From positions 9,674,001 to 9,738,000 of the forward strand of contig CM075996.1 of the NCBI GenBank assembly GCA_038087875.1: DNA of 64,000 nucleotides. The letters are read 5' to 3'. Positions within the stretch are counted from its first letter, which is position 1. Each line of letters starts with the position of its first letter. Positions 63,725-64,000 of the stretch are shown here, piece after piece. The stretch is from Malacoraja senta (Eukaryota). The notes under the pieces are model-generated. The model ran no database searches. It saw only the letters and a program-made list of their open reading frames with translations, and was not told the DNA's origin. Both the position numbers and the translations under genes were made by a program.

Positions 63725-64000
63725 GGGCGGCACGGTGGCGCAGCGGTAGAGTTGCTGCTTTGCAGCGCTAACAGCGCCCAGAGACCCGGGTTCGATCCTG
63801 ACTACGGGTGCTTGTCTGTACGGAGTTTGTACCTTCTCCCCGTGACCTGCGTGGGTTTTCTCCGAGAACTTCGGTTTCCTCCTGCACTCCGAAGACGCAC
63901 AGGTTTGTAGGTTAATTGGCTTGGTATAAAATGTAAGAATTGTCCCTAGTGCAGGATAGTGTCAATGTGCAAAGATCGCTGGTCGGTACGGACTCGATGG
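63725..64000 (+). mobile_element. HE1-type V-SINE (runs off the window end)
   Basis: ggcggcacggtggcgcagcggtagagttgctg head and V-domain. Confidence 0.88.

Noticed and set aside
63725..63805. SINE heads as tRNA genes
   Set aside because: A/B boxes only, no complete cloverleaf, followed by the V-domain

Overview
Eukaryotic, repeat-dense genomic DNA, very likely from a cartilaginous fish (skate or ray). This is inferred from HE1-type V-SINEs, their partner CR1/HER1 LINEs and Penelope-derived short repeats. Most of the window is transposon-derived (CR1, Rex1/Babar, L1, Tx1, Vingi, Penelope, hAT and PIF/Harbinger MITEs) or simple repeat, and there are two 200-N gaps. Host features are the terminal coding exon and probable ~3.2 kb 3' UTR of a SHISA8/9-family AMPA-receptor auxiliary subunit (minus strand, ends TNSKTEVTV), an intact tRNA-Arg(CCT) gene, and a U2 snRNA copy missing its first 37 nt. 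The most notable observations are: (1) the U2 break lies at the known target site of U2-specific retrotransposons (Keno/Utopia) and abuts a LINE-like poly(A) tail; (2) a GC-rich non-autonomous element family keeps two covarying hairpins, one shared with the 5' UTR of a Rex1/Babar LINE; (3) many minimal hammerhead-ribozyme motifs sit in Penelope-derived repeats; (4) a 131-bp L1/SINE junction is copied exactly 36 kb away; (5) a four-level nest of retroelements has readable junctions. All family assignments are from memory of the families, not from searches, and TE boundaries are approximate unless a TSD or TIR is quoted.
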